This document shows positions 1-12,903 of a DNA stretch of 64,000 nucleotides, in pieces. Position numbers and translations under genes: made by a program. This DNA comes from Octopus vulgaris (taxonomy: Eukaryota), in assembly GCA_951406725.2 (NCBI GenBank), contig OX597820.1, positions 26,846,001-26,910,000 of the forward strand, written 5' to 3'. Positions within the stretch are counted from its first letter, which is position 1. Each line of letters starts with the position of its first letter. The notes beneath the pieces are model-generated. The model worked only from the letters and a program-made list of their open reading frames with translations, was not told where the DNA came from and did not search any database.

Positions 1-199
1 GCAAATGGCTTGTGCATCTTTCTGAATGGCATGCCTAATAAAAAAAATTACCTTGAATTTTTTCATGGTGTGGCCTATCTGATTAGATGTGTCTCACTCA
101 ACCTAGTTCTTGAAAAAAAGTTATCCATTCCTTCTTCAGTACTTATGAAGAAAGAAATAGAAAATTGACTATATCTGAGCAACATTAAGAATTATGAGA

Positions 200-460
200 T
201 GCATGATGACCAAAATGATGCTACTGGTTACTGAAGATCTAGTACTCATGAAGAAGGGAATGGAAAAGTTTGACTACCATATCCCAAGCATCATGAAGAA
301 CTATGCAGTCCAGCCCAGAAGATTGCCCCACTGGGAACAGCCCACATATTACAGAGGGTGCTGTCAATCAAGAGACATCTTTAACATCTTCCCTATGGTA
401 CCTTGGGAATCATAGAGCAGACACGACTTTACATCATATAAAACCAAAGCACAAAAGGAA
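200..460 (+). mobile_element. R4/Dong-like (REL) non-LTR retrotransposon, decayed 3' end followed by (TAA)n
   Basis: Frameshifted translation LLVTEDLVLMKKGMEKF...AQKIAPLGTAHILQRVLSIK matches the R4/Dong C-terminal motif QKxALLGTAHILRxVL. A (TAA)n tract follows at about 468-538. Confidence 0.7.
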
Positions 461-486
461 CAACAACAATAATAATAATAATAATG

Positions 487-544
<58 letters not shown>

Positions 545-559
545 CAGACAAATACATAA

Positions 560-754
560 CATAAACACTAGGATTTACAAGTATATATATAGCATACAGA
601 AAATAGCACTACTAGGTACTGCACTCATCCTATGGTGAAACACTTTCAATACAGTAAAAATAAGAGCACCGCAACAAACCACAGCACATACCCAAACACA
701 CAGATCTGCTCTTGGTAGTGCAATGAAAGCACATGATAAAAATAAGGCTACTGA
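560..754 (+). mobile_element. Second R4/Dong-like 3' end fragment between (TAA)n tracts
   Basis: Translation YSIQKIALLGTALILW, then a short 3' UTR and (TAA)n at about 755-838. Confidence 0.7.
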
Positions 755-773
755 ATAATAATAATAATAATGA

Positions 774-835
<62 letters not shown>

Positions 836-841
836 GAATAA

Positions 842-1052
842 TGATTTCAAATTTTTGCTACAAGGGCAGCTTGTGGGAAGGGATTAAGTCGATTACATCA
901 TCCCCAGTGTGTAACTGGTACTTATTTAAGTGACCCTGAAAGGATGAAAGGCAACGACGACCTTAGCAGAATTTGAACTTCGAATGTAGTGGCAGATGAA
1001 ACACCTCTAAACATTTTTCCCAGCGTGCTAATGATTCTGCCAGCTCACCACC
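842..1052 (-). mobile_element. Decayed tRNA-derived SINE (family A)
   Basis: Matches the reverse complement of the intact copy at 61275-61505 (ggtacttattt...gaaaggatgaaaggc...gaatttgaact), with many CpG>TpG/CpA changes. Confidence 0.75.
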
Positions 1053-2868
1053 CCTTCAATGATAATGATAATAATAATAATAATTATTATGATGATGATG
1101 ATGTCGATAATAACAACAATTACACAACAACAACAGCAATAACAACAGCAACAACAATAATTATTGCTAAAGCAAAAGACCATAATTTTTTTAATTGAAT
1201 GTCTAATTGATTAAACTGACCCTATACTTGACTGATGCTTGATTTTGTTGACCCCAAGGATAATGAAAAAGAAGATCAATGCTGGAATTCAAAGGCACCA
1301 GAAATCTGAGTATTGAATTAATTTCAATCTCTTAATGATTTTATGATCATATTTCTGATGAGATAAACTGTTTCTATGTTTTAATTAATTTTGAAAAATA
1401 TTTACGATTTTGAGGGTTTTGATAAAATAGCTTTATTTGAAATAATCAGGAAATGTATCTCACATTGGTAGTAGGCTTGAAATCTTGGTAAAGTGGGTTT
1501 TGTTGATTAAACTGATCCTAGTTTTTGACTAAGTAATGTGTAAGTCAAGTGCTAGGATTGATTTAACTGACTACCAAAATAACAAAAAAGCCTTACTTCC
1601 ATATTGGAAACAATTATTAAGCTGGTGTTTTGGACAATATTCAGAATGAGGTTCTTCAGTAAATTTCTGTCAAGAAATCATGTCACAAACAGCATCATGG
1701 GTTGCACACCATCTGATTGCTCTATCAACAACTTTAAAAATGTGCTTGAGGGCCTACGTGGTATATGAGGAAGCCTGCAACAAATGCAGTGCATTTTGCA
1801 TTTGGCATATCAGAAAACTGCATATTTACATCAAAAGAACACATACACACAAACACCTCAGTTTATAAATACTTGGAGAAGCACTAGACTCAGGAACTTA
1901 CAGTTTCTAACAGAGCCACTAAACAAAATATAGGCAGCCTTCAAACCAAGGAGGCCAGCCTTACTAACAAGCTGAAGCCAGCTGTAAACAACATGAAACT
2001 GACAAGCTATTATGATAACACTAGTCTGCACATATCACTATCCTCTTCCATGTATCCAAGCCATGATTTATTCTATCTCTCATTTCTCCATGTGCCATAA
2101 GGAAGGCATAAACCCTAAATATTGAAATACAGGATAAAATTTCTACTGTTGATCTATCTTCACTTTTGTAGTTCCCTTTGTATTACATTTTGCATTGTTT
2201 CAGCCTTATTAAGTCAGCCTTACCAAGATTTATTGACTGTAAAAGGTAATATTTTAACACAAAGTTGGACACTGTAAAATGGGAGATTTTATATAATGGG
2301 CTCTGAGTTAGTCTGAAGGATGCTATTAAAAGGATTGAAGGATGCAGGTATTAAAAGGATTAAGAGCTTCCTAGAATGCTAATAGAGAAAGTAAACCATG
2401 GAAAGATTTTCTTGAAATGAACAAAAAGAAAACATTCCAAGACATTTCCTTTCACTCTCTACTCACATAGTCAAAATTACACTCACACTCCTATTGACAA
2501 ATTAATATTACAAAAGTATCTTGGGCAGTAAGAGACAGAAATGATGAAGTGTCACATTAATTGTCTTGCTATATACAACTATGCATATTTTAATTCCGAG
2601 TTCAAATCCTGCCATTGTCTCTCTGAACTTTTCCTTTTCTAAGATCGATAAAATAAGTACCAGTTTTGTCCATTGAGTTAATCGTGATCATGGTCAAGAT
2701 AATTTTTTACGTCAGTTTTCTCTGCTGGCATGGGTTAGATAGGTTGTCATGGTCTCAGTCATCTCCTGCTGAGAGATGCTGCATCCATAGACTGATGCTC
2801 TTATGTATCATTTAGTTTGGCTTCTATAGCTGGAAACCCTTCCTATTATCAATCACTTACGCACACAT

Positions 2869-2902
<34 letters not shown>

Positions 2903-2937
2903 GTATGTATATATAGGTATATATGTGTGTGTGTATG

Positions 2938-2983
<46 letters not shown>

Positions 2984-3494
2984 TGTATACACCCCCACAC
3001 ATATATATGATTTCAGTTAGTGACACATAGCCACTCAGAGTTTCTTTTACATGTGTATATATGTTGATCAGTTAATGCATTCCGGCTGATCACTTATATA
3101 TCTTACATGGATGAAACTCTGAGTGTTTAATGTATTGAATCACCACTTTAATCCCCACTGTTTCTCCTCTACACAGCAGAAAAAAAAAATCATGTTTTGC
3201 CTTCGTACCAAAATAGTTAAAAATTAAAGGCTGCAAGACAAAATTGTTTTAAATTGGTAAATAAATGCATTTTCACACTAAGTAAAAGACAAAACAAAAA
3301 GGAAAGAAAAAACATTAAAAACCCAATTATGTTATTAACAATTAGATACAGGTGCATGTTTAAAAAGACATATTTTTTTTTTACCGTTTTACATTTATAT
3401 TTCTATGCTAGCATAGGTGGGATAGTTTTTTGCAAATTTTGATTATTTGCATTTCGTTAGAGCAATTTAAAAAAAAAAAAAAATTTCTTTACAG

Positions 3495-3524
3495 CTTGAT
3501 GACCTTATTAATATATCAAAATGT
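3495..3524 (+). CDS. Candidate 30-nt phase 0-0 exon (LDDLINISKC) of an unidentified gene
   Basis: Acceptor tttctttacag, donor gtaaat, open frame. No homology recognised. Confidence 0.2.
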
Positions 3525-3750
3525 GTAAATTAATTTTTAGCAGTGGAATGATATTAGTGATAGTAATGGTGATAGTGATTGTGGCAGTTGTGTGGGTGGG
3601 AATGGATGGCAATGGTGATGGTTATTTGAGTGGGAATAATTAATTAATTATTCGCTGTTAAATTATTTCTTTGAAATCCAGCTTAATCTGCATGCAACAT
3701 ACTCACACAAATATTAATTATTAATTAAAAATAATAACAATAGTAATAGC

Positions 3751-3800
<50 letters not shown>

Positions 3801-5139
3801 TAATAATAATAGTAATAATAATAATGGTACTGGATTTAATTTTTGTCCACAATAATCTCAGATGTTTCAGTAAGTGCAAATTTTAAATGCTTTTCATTGG
3901 TTGATTAAACCCAATTATTTTCAAGTATAAAACAGCTTCATCTCTACTTTGGTTTTAATATTAATTTAGGGGGAAAAAAATTAACTAAAAGAAAAGTCAT
4001 CAGTATTAAACTGAATGAAACCAATTTAAAGGCATAGCTTCAAGATAAAGCATACCAGACAATATATTGAAACAAATATCAGAATTAGATTTAAACTAAT
4101 ATCCACTTCTTGCACAGAAACAAAGGGAATCTTAATCGTGCAAGTTTTGTAGTGACCTCACTAGTGCTGGTGCCTCAAAAAAAAAAAAGACACCCAGTAT
4201 GCTTTGTAAAGTTGTTGGCATTAGAAAGTGCATCCAGCTGTAGACATCATACCAAAAGAGATATTGGATCATGATGTAGTTTGTAGACTTGTCAGATCCT
4301 CTCAATTTTCGAAACCATGTCAGCATGGATGATGGACATTAAATGATGATAATGAAACAAGTCTTCATCTTTGATGGTGGTGCTGGTGGTGCTGGTGGGG
4401 ATACAGTCAATTACATTGACCTTCTTGCTTCGTTAGTGATCTGATATTTTTCTCATAAGAATAAAAAGTGATGGATGATGACTTTGTTACACTTTGAATT
4501 CAGAATATTACCCCCCCCCCCAAAAAAAAAACCAAAAAAACTGTAACTGAATACCTCAATTCATTCAGTCTGATGCTCAACCAATTCTTCCCATCCATTG
4601 ACACTGGTCCAAATGAATTTCAGCTGAGGTACGAGGGAAATAATTTTGTTTTAATTTTCATTTCTTTTGTTTGTTTTTGCCTTTTGCTGAAGTCATTGTT
4701 ATCATCATGATCATCATCATGTTGTCATCGTCATCGTCATCATCATCATCCTCATTATCATCATCATCATCACTGTTGTCATCATCTTCATTATTGTCAT
4801 CATCATCTTCATCATTGTCATCGTTATCCTCATTTCTGTCTTAAATTGCTGTCATCATTTTATCGTTGGTGTCATTGTTGCTCTCATCATCATTGTTTTA
4901 ACACCTGATTGTTGTTGTTGTTGTTATTGAACCGAACCCAATGTTGACCTCTGATGGATACAGATCTACCTATAACGAAAGCACATTCCAACTATGAGCA
5001 TACAACCTTTTCCGAAATAATCTTCTTTGTCAACATTAACTTTTCCAATGAGTCCTTTTATAAGACAATATGATGTAGCTTGAGTGACATTTGGTTGCTA
5101 TTTCTAGCAAATGTGAGTAGGGTAGGTTAACACTGTAGA

Positions 5140-5445
5140 AACAACTCCACATGTGTCCAGGTGCTGTAGTATCTACAGTACCCTGTGTGCTACAACACCC
5201 TGTGTGTTTCAAGTTGTTGTAGAGATTTTTCCCTCACATGTCTCCAGTTGTAGTTCCTACTCCCACATGTTTCTAGTTACTGTGGTATCTACCCACAACA
5301 TGTTTCCAGTTGCTTTTGCATCTACAACATCTTATATGTCTCCAGTTACAGTTGAGTCTACCTCTAATTGTGTCTTCACCCACATGTCTCCAGTTGCTGT
5401 TGTGTCCATCTGACATGTCCTCAGCTGCTGTAGAGTCCACTCCAT
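5140..5445. repeat. Degenerate ~30-bp minisatellite
   Basis: Roughly ten diverged copies of a unit like ctactcccacatgtctccagttgctgtagt. Confidence 0.7.
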
Positions 5446-5941
5446 ATATCACTTATTGATAATGATATCAGACCAACAGCTATGCTCCTTTCCTGGCTCT
5501 GTTCTGTGTGGGGTCCTTGGACAAGACACTCATCTCCTACTATCTCCTAGCCTACTCATCAATACACAGGTTGTCACTAAATGGAATGATTTGTTGCTGT
5601 AAGCAGTGGTTGCACTATATAATTACTGAGTGCTTTATTAGCTTTCAGTGGTTCGCATTGATTAGAGTATTGGACTAAAAGCCACATTCACTTTCCTTCT
5701 CTAGTGTTAGACTGTGTCAATGAACAAGACAGTTAATTTTGTGTGTGTCTTGTAGTAAATAAGAGAATCTGATATTATCAGTGATGTAGGGTGAAATCTA
5801 ACAAGTTAGATTATACATTTCACACAGCAGTAGAACTTAGCATACTCTCATATAGATTACTCATTGTCAATGCTAATGTTGACTGTTCCATTTTCTTTGA
5901 GTTTGACTTTTATTTGAGAAGTAACTTAGTTATCACAGAGT

Positions 5942-6319
5942 CTCCAAAGTCCATCCTCTCCTCACTGTAGTGGGGACGCTGGCAACAGGTAGTGTCAGAG
6001 CTATGCCGTCGAGAACTTCAGTTCCTGGTAGGGCCACCCAAGGCAGATTGGTCTGACACTGAGTGGTATTAGGGCCACAACCTGGCAGATGGGGCTCTGG
6101 TGAAAATCCTCGGAGTGTCTGCTTTGGCAAGGCAACCGGCAGCTCCTCAGTTGTTTTGTCCCTGCGTCTGCGGACAATCTGTGGCAAACAGGATGTCTCC
6201 ACATGAAGGATTGTTGGGGACCACTTGTGAACTCCTCATATTCCAAAGGAACTTCTTCCATGAGTAGAAGAAGCTGACTCAACCCGCCCAGGGTGAATAT
6301 CGCCACAAGTACAAGTAAG
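5942..6319 (+). mobile_element. Non-autonomous RTE-derived element with 11-bp TSD
   Basis: TATCACAGAGT occurs at 5931-5941 and 6320-6330. The head gagctatgcc...cctggtagggccacccaaggcaga resembles RTE (Expander/BovB-type) 5' UTRs. The tail is acaagtacaagtaag. Confidence 0.7.
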
Positions 6320-7322
6320 TATCACAGAGTGGAATGATTTGATATTGGTAGCATTATAAAAATTACAGAGTGTTTTGTTAATGTGTAATGCAAGTACAGA
6401 TGTAGGGGCTCCAGTGGGAATCTGCTATACTGAAAGTCCTTACATCACAGTACGGTATTACTAGATCTATTACCATTACCTTAGAGAGAAAAAGTCGAAT
6501 GAGGACTAGAATGCTTAAACTTCAGTGACAAATGCATTAAAACAAAAACATGATCAAATACATTCAGCATATATAAACATTTTGTTTCACTATGAAGTAG
6601 TTTTGTGACTTAAAAGAAAGAAAAAAACTGGAAAAAAAAAAATCAAACCTGACAAGGGAATGATCAATAAGTGGTTGTTTATGGTTTCAATCCACTTTAG
6701 AAGCATACAGCTTCCATTGGTTTAGACGACATTGATGTATATGTAAAAAAAAAACCAAGAAAAACAATTTGTGTAGTTTTTTTTTTTTGATTCAATGAGT
6801 ATAGAAGCTCAAAGGAATTTTGTTTAAACTAAACCCAATCAGTTTTGGCATTCATTAACAGAAACTGCAAATTATAAACTTATTTAAGGAGCTTTTAAAT
6901 TTAGCATAAAATCACACACACACACACTCTTACACACACACACTTATATATATACACTCACATGTACACACACACATGCACACACACACACACACTTAAA
7001 AAACATTCTGTAAGTTTGGAAAATATTTAAGCTGCAAACCATTCATTTTGATTTTCAAGTTGTGTATTCTCAAGAGATTTTATCAAACATTAACATCCAT
7101 GGTTAAGTAGAAGAATGCATGTTTGCAATTAGCAGTGGATCACCTAATCCTACAATGAGCAATAATTTCTTTTTTTATGAGATTCTTTGAACAAATTGTC
7201 AAGAGCTTTTACCAGAAGTAACACTGAATGGTATTCCATTTAATATGCTCAGTTATCAGTCACTTCGTTACCTTCAGATAAAAATCATGAAAATGTAACT
7301 TTGCAATACAATTTTCCTTTAG

Positions 7323-7385
7323 ACTGCACATGCCCGCATTCTTGGCAGTACATTGGCTGCTGTTTTACTGTACTCATACTTTTGA
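7323..7385 (+). CDS. Candidate terminal coding exon TAHARILGSTLAAVLLYSYF*
   Basis: Acceptor attttcctttag, open phase-0 frame to TGA, AATAAA overlapping the stop (7385-7390) and a GT-rich tract downstream. Product not recognised. Confidence 0.3.
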   Translation, partial: TAHARILGSTLAAVLLYSYF

Positions 7386-7516
7386 ATAAATCAGTGTTGC
7401 TATAGTACTGTGGTTTGGTCTTAAAAAGATTTCTTCCTTTAAGAAAAAAAAAATGTCTTTTGTTTTGTACCAAATGTTATTTGAGAACTTTGTTCATCAT
7501 ATCCACTGTAATTAAT

Positions 7517-8500
7517 CACATGATCATGTGACCGAGCAGGCTATCAGATGTTACACATCGCTGGTCACAATGCATTTTGCATTATTTTAGCCTTCAAACG
7601 ATGCCACTTCGTTGGCTAGGCAAGCAGGCCAACATTCTTCGTTCATTGAAAGGTGGGACTGGAGTAACATGAAATGGAGTGATGCCTCCCAGTCAGAGAA
7701 TCAAACCCACGATCTAGTGATCATGAGTGCAACAGCCTAACCACTGGGCCATGTGCCTTCACACTGCAATTAATACTGGTTTCATATATTGGCACAAGGC
7801 CAGCACTTTCAAGGAAGTGGTAGGTTGATTATTTTGACTCCAGTGCTCAACGTAGTTTATTGACCCCCACCCAATTGATGAACAGCAAAATCGACCTCAG
7901 AAGAATTTGAACTCAGAATGTGCAGATGGATAAAATACTTCTAAGCATTTTGCTGGACATACTAACAGTTCTACCAGTTTGCTGCCTTTCTACTGCGATT
8001 AATATTGTTTTCAAATTTTGGCACAAGGCCAGCAATTTTAAAGGAAGTGGAAGGTCGATTATTTCGATCCCAATATTCAACTTGTACTTATTTTATCGAC
8101 CCTGCTAAAAAAAAAAAAAAAAAAAATTGCTGAAAGGCAAAATCGACCTCAGTAGAATTTGAACTCAGAATATGCACATGAATGATATACTGCTAAGCAT
8201 TTTGCACAGTGTGCTAACAATTCTGCCAGCTCGCTGCCATGCTACAGCAATAATATTGGTTTCAAGTTTTGGCGCAAGGCCAGCAACTTCAGCAGAAGGG
8301 GAAACTTGATTACATTAACCCCCCCAGTACTCAACTGGTACTTATATTATTGACCATGAAAGGATGATAGGCAAAGTTGGCCATGGCAGAATTTGAACTC
8401 AGAACCTGCAGATGGATGAAATGATGCAAAGCATTTTGCCCACCATCCTAACAATCCTGCAAGCTACAGGTTAGGCTGTTGCACTCATGATCGTCTTGCT
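7517..8500 (-). mobile_element. Stack of four SINEs (one family D, three family A-like) in tandem
   Basis: Three ~230-250 bp repeats of ttttggcacaaggccagca...gaatttgaactcagaa, preceded by a family D copy. Units are separated by ACTGCAATTAAT-like 12-mers. Confidence 0.8.
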
Positions 8501-9001
8501 ACTGCAATTAATATTAAAAGTAAAAAAATGTTTTGTGTTTAGTTTTCATAAATATTTGTCAAAAACAAACAAATAATATACAAATGGCACTGCATTATGG
8601 GATAAAATGGGATGTGTAGGCAAGGGGAATTTATCAGAGAGGGTTGTTATTTAAGCGTTTTTTCCCACAAGATTGGAGTAAAGTAAATTGAAGCAATTCC
8701 AATAAAATTAAGTATATAATTAATTTTGTTTGACCCTGAAATGATAAATGGGAAATCCCATTAGGATTCCGGTCCCATCATGATTCAAATCCTGTTGGGA
8801 TCCTTTTCCACCTGAAATTCTCGTGGGATTTGAACTCAGGACAGTAAAGTAGGGAACTGTTTGTGATTATCTTGTGTAGTGGAACGTTTTTAATGTATTG
8901 GTTAATTTTATTCCAAGTGAAGTATGGTCTATCTTTTGTGGAGTCTGAATGTACAAGCATGTGAATATGGGTGGAGGAAGATGTTGCAAGTGTGTGTGTA
9001 T

Positions 9002-9033
<32 letters not shown>

Positions 9034-9271
9034 CTGTGTGTGTGTGTGTGTGTGGTGGAGTGTGTTTGGATGTGTGTATGAATGTAAGGAGGTGTTGGGT
9101 ACTGATTTGTTCATAAATTAGAAATGTCCAACCCCTGGATTATTATCAATGTGAATGTAAGTAGCTGGGTTTGTTGTTGGTATAGGATTGCTGCCAGAAA
9201 AGGGCATAGTGTGTATGTGATATTATATAATATGATGTAGTCAATGGAACACATGAAATGGAAACATGAAT

Positions 9272-9276
<5 letters not shown>

Positions 9277-9345
<69 letters not shown>
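9277..9345. repeat. (GA)n microsatellite
   Basis: Direct reading of the sequence. Confidence 0.95.
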
Positions 9346-9348
<3 letters not shown>

Positions 9349-10083
9349 TGTGAAGGAGAGAGAGGTGAAGAAGGACAGAGGGATAGAAAGACAGTGAAGT
9401 GAAGAAAAAAAAAAGCAAAGGAATGCATTGAAAGCAACTAGTGAGGAACAAAAAGCTAAATACATAGAGAGACTGATAAGTAGATAAATAGACTGATAGA
9501 TAAATAGATAGATAGTTAGACAGAGAAATACAAAGAATGTTTAGGAAGAAAGTGAAGAGAGGATAACAAACATACACATGAACATACTCTTATATAGACC
9601 AAAGCATTCACCTACACTCAAATTAAAGGGTGAAAGAACAAAACAACTCTATTTTCTTGTTCCAGCCCTAAAAAAGAAATAGCAGTATAATGTGTGTTGA
9701 TGTCCCAAGTTAAAAGCGAAATGCAAATATTAGGAATAAGAAATTTTCAAGACAATTTTTACTGTTATCACTTTGTTAAACATAAACCAAAAATAGATTT
9801 TGTTGTTGTTTAACCCCAGGTCATCCTTGACTGAGCAAACCTGTGTTCAAAGGCATTCTAACCATGACCATTCGGTCTTTTTTCTAGATGGGATGTAGCG
9901 TTTGCTATGAGAGTAAGATGCTATTTGAGGAGGATTTAGCTGCTTTTTCTTGCAGGTCAAATGTCCGTGCAAAGACTCCCTTCTTTGTTTATTTAGATTA
10001 TTATCAATAAGGGAAAAATAATAAGTTAACAGAAATATCTTTGTGTCATAGAGAAATCTTTCAATTAACTGATAATATATACA

Positions 10084-10131
<48 letters not shown>

Positions 10132-10135
10132 ATAT

Positions 10136-10183
<48 letters not shown>

Positions 10184-10294
10184 ATGTATATATATATATG
10201 TATGTATATTTACATAAATACACACTATAATATATATATTATAATATATGCACACTATAATATATATATATTATAATATATACACACTATATAC

Positions 10295-10326
<32 letters not shown>

Positions 10327-11247
10327 GTGTGTTGTGTGTCTGTGTGTTTGTTTGTTGGCTTTGTATCATGTTAAAATGTAGATAAAATGTTCAGCAATCA
10401 CAAATATATTAAGAATATTGGATTCTTAGCTTTCATGTTTAAATTTGTTTTTGCTGTGGAAATAGAAAATATAATTAGTTAAATGCAATAAAATTATTCA
10501 TGAAATATAGTTATGCAAAAGAAAAAAAATTAATTTAAAAAGAACTGGTAGAGGTAAAAATCAATGAAAATAATATAGTTTTGTTGACATGTATGAATAT
10601 TCTAGTAAATATTTTTCTTTTACTGATTCAATTAAACTGATGATACCTTGCACTTGCAAATTCTTTTGCATGGTCCGGTATTGAAAAAAAATAAGAATAA
10701 AAAGAAACACTCCCTCAGAATGTGCACACAAACAAGTGTCTTCACACATGCACACACTCACACTCACATGCATACACACTAGCACATATATACAAATATG
10801 GAGGTACATGCAATTATGCATTCACATGCAAACACATATACACACCAACACATTTTTGCATCCATACACACACTGATTTTAGTTCTCAAGGCCTTACTTC
10901 AGAATCAAATAAAGGCCTAGAGGGAATTAACTGGTCATATATCCAGGAATGTAGCTTCAAGCAATGCCAAAAATCTAGTCTTTGGCAAAATATTAATTAG
11001 TGTTAAAAATAAGTGTCATTTTTTCAAAATGTTTTTTTTTGTCTCATTCAAATATTGATATAATTTTTTTTTAGTTTGCTAGAAATAATATGTTTACTAA
11101 ATAATGGTTAAAGGGTTTAAAAATAAGGTTTATAAAAACTGCACCTAAGTTTGCTAAAAGCTTTTTCCAAGAATATTTTGAACCAATTATGCCATTTGGC
11201 TGAAGCTAAACACTGTTACATTCACTTAAACTTTAAACTCATCTTGT

Positions 11248-11302
11248 AATAATGATAATAATAATAATAATAATAATAATGATAATAATAATAATAATAA
11301 TG

Positions 11303-11360
<58 letters not shown>

Positions 11361-11424
11361 TAATAATAATGATGATGATGATGATGATGATGAGATGATG
11401 ATGATGATGATGATGATAATAATG

Positions 11425-11455
<31 letters not shown>
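11248..11455. repeat. Compound (TAA)n/(TGA)n microsatellite
   Basis: Direct reading of the sequence. Confidence 0.95.
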
Positions 11456-11456
<1 letters not shown>

Positions 11457-11457
11457 C

Positions 11458-11786
11458 CTAAGGATTTAAATCAATTATTACATTGATTCCAGTACTCAAG
11501 TGATACTTAATTTATCGATCCCAAAAGGATGAAACGCAAAGTCAACCATGGCAGAATTTGAACTCAGAATGTGAACTCAGTGGCAGATGAAATATCGTTA
11601 AGCATTTCACCCGGAGTGTTAACAATTGTGCCAGCTTGCCATCTTGGTAGAAGACATTTGCTATGGTGCCATGCTGATAGTAGACATGTTGGTAGAAGAA
11701 ATTTGCCAAGGTGCCATGCAGTGGGACTGAACCCAGAACCATGTGGTTGGGAAGCAAGCTTCTTACCACACAGCCATGCCTGCACC

Positions 11787-11788
<2 letters not shown>
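11458..11788 (-). mobile_element. Decayed family A SINE abutting the head of a family B SINE
   Basis: Similar to intact copies at 61275 (A) and 47371 (B), with CpG decay. Confidence 0.75.
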
Positions 11789-11861
<73 letters not shown>

Positions 11862-12869
11862 AATATAACAGTTATTACTGTATGGTGTTGATGGTAATAT
11901 GTACAAAAAAAAAAAATCAAAGTACTCAATATTAATTAAAAGGCTTTTGTTAGAAAAAAGAAGCATACATACAATTAAACTAAATTTTGGTGTATTGCCA
12001 GTTTCACAGATTTGCATGGATGCAAAACTACAAAGTTGTGAAGCTGGCATTATATTATATATCAGATAACAAAGTCTTTCGTTGTATGTCTACTAAACTG
12101 GTCACTGATAGTTTTCTTCCAAGAAAGAAATTACAAAGATGTTAAGCAAGAATGTGTGAATATAACAGTGTAAGTTCTTTCAAATGTTACAATGACTCTA
12201 CCAAGATGCAGTTGTTTTAGTCCCAACATATGATCTCAGATCAAATTGTTTGCAAAATAACTGCAACTCGAGAATATTTTTATTAAGTTTATTTCTAAAA
12301 AAAAAAATCCATAAAACATTCTAAATTTTAATTAAAATAACTCTTTAAACTTGAAATTTCAGCCTCACCAACATTCATTAAATTTATTCATGTCTTCAGG
12401 GTTAATAATAAAAAGAAATAACAATGAATTTAAAGTTTGTAGATTAAAAGAAATGTTAAAGTTTCAATATTTTAGAAGATTAAGAAAGATATTTTAAAGT
12501 TTACTAAAACAATTTTAAATCTATTAAGCAACTCTAAATTTACTAAAAATGTAACCCTCCAAAAAGAGACGTTTTAACTTTAGTAAAAAAACCCAAAAAC
12601 CCTGCTGTTTATAAATAGTTTTGGAAAGGAGAAAAGAATTTTAAAACTGCTATGGAACTTGGTAAAGTTGATTGAAAAAAATTTTTCAAGTTTTTGAAAT
12701 TTTTATTTTTAACTTTGCATAAGCCATTAGTAATATGTTAAGAGAAAGTCATTTATTGTTTTTTGCTATTTTGCCAGGAAAAAGTTTTGTAAAAAGTAAA
12801 AAAAAAGAACCATCTGAAGAATAATACTGACATTTTTTTCCATTTGCTAAATATTCTGTATATATTTGG

Positions 12870-12903
<34 letters not shown>

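Noticed and set aside
3032-3125. Small inverted repeat with CTGATCA...GAAACTCTGAGT resembling a hammerhead
   Set aside because: G8 is C in both arms, stem II is unpaired and the cleavage triplet ends in G. At best it is a dead relic.
7323-7385. Faint resemblance of the candidate peptide to the MUS81 or NUDT5 C-terminus
   Set aside because: Too short, and key residues are missing, so no gene name is assigned.
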